From contig AP026145.1 in the NCBI GenBank assembly GCA_030295235.1, positions 434,001-498,000 on the forward strand: DNA of 64,000 nt. The letters run 5' to 3'. The notes beneath the pieces are model-generated. The model was not told the DNA's origin, did no database searches, and worked only from the letters and a program-made list of their open reading frames with translations. Shown here one piece after another: positions 63,611-64,000 of the stretch (the stretch's first letter is position 1; every line of letters starts with the position of its first letter). The translations under genes were made by a program, and so were the position numbers. This DNA comes from Fistulifera solaris (lineage: Eukaryota).

Positions 63611-64000
63611 TTATTCCGTCTTATGAAGCTGAGCCACAAATTGGATAAGAGTACGCCCGTGGTCGCTGTCTGTCACCACTCGGTCACAGCGAATCTTCCA
63701 AGCTGTCCCCTCCACCATATCGCGGAGCTCGTATCGTTCCAAGACTTGCTTACTGTTCGGATGAATATGGGGCCAATCGGAATCGGGAGTCGCTTTTCCA
63801 AAGTGACTAATTGCCACAATAGTCCCGTTTTGTATCAGGGGAGCCGCATCCAAAATACACCGAAACAGAGCCTTGTTCCAGAAGCGAACCGCATAAAAAC
63901 AGCCGACTTTGTCCCATGACTCCTGCAAAATATTTCGAAATTCACTGATTGGATCCAAACGAACCGCACGACAACGAGTCCACTGCGACACTTGTCGCCG
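63611..64000 (-). CDS. Possible 3' end of a hypothetical gene truncated by the window edge
   Basis: Open frame running from the window end to a stop at 63611; no recognised domain. Confidence 0.35.
   Translation of the reverse strand, partial: RRQVSQWTRCRAVRLDPISEFRNILQESWDKVGCFYAVRFWNKALFRCILDAAPLIQNGTIVAISHFGKATPDSDWPHIHPNSKQVLERYELRDMVEGTAWKIRCDRVVTDSDHGRTLIQFVAQLHKTE

Overview
Gene-dense eukaryotic genomic DNA with short GT-AG introns, most likely from a diatom (signal peptide + 'AF' plastid-targeting presequences, diatom-style LRR membrane protein). Recognisable genes are MGST3, a tRNase Z, a mitochondrial carrier, a Ulp/SENP SUMO protease, an LRR membrane protein, TYW1, ABCG and ABCA transporters, a GH3 beta-glucosidase and an INPP4-like phosphatase. 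About 20-25 single-base frameshifts, many at short homopolymers, look like assembly consensus errors. Two things stand out. (1) The giant E3/E4 ligase UBR4/BIG appears split into two same-strand genes: the N-terminal substrate-recognition half (19282-31952) and the UBL + hemiRING catalytic half (34612-39795), separated by an unrelated ORF and a repeat array. (2) Two families of ~206-234 bp intergenic tandem repeats (A and B) are scattered as short arrays and solo copies. Each family keeps a conserved dyad-symmetric core centred on TGAAAT while the rest of the unit diverges between loci. All calls are from manual reading and motif recognition; no searches were run.
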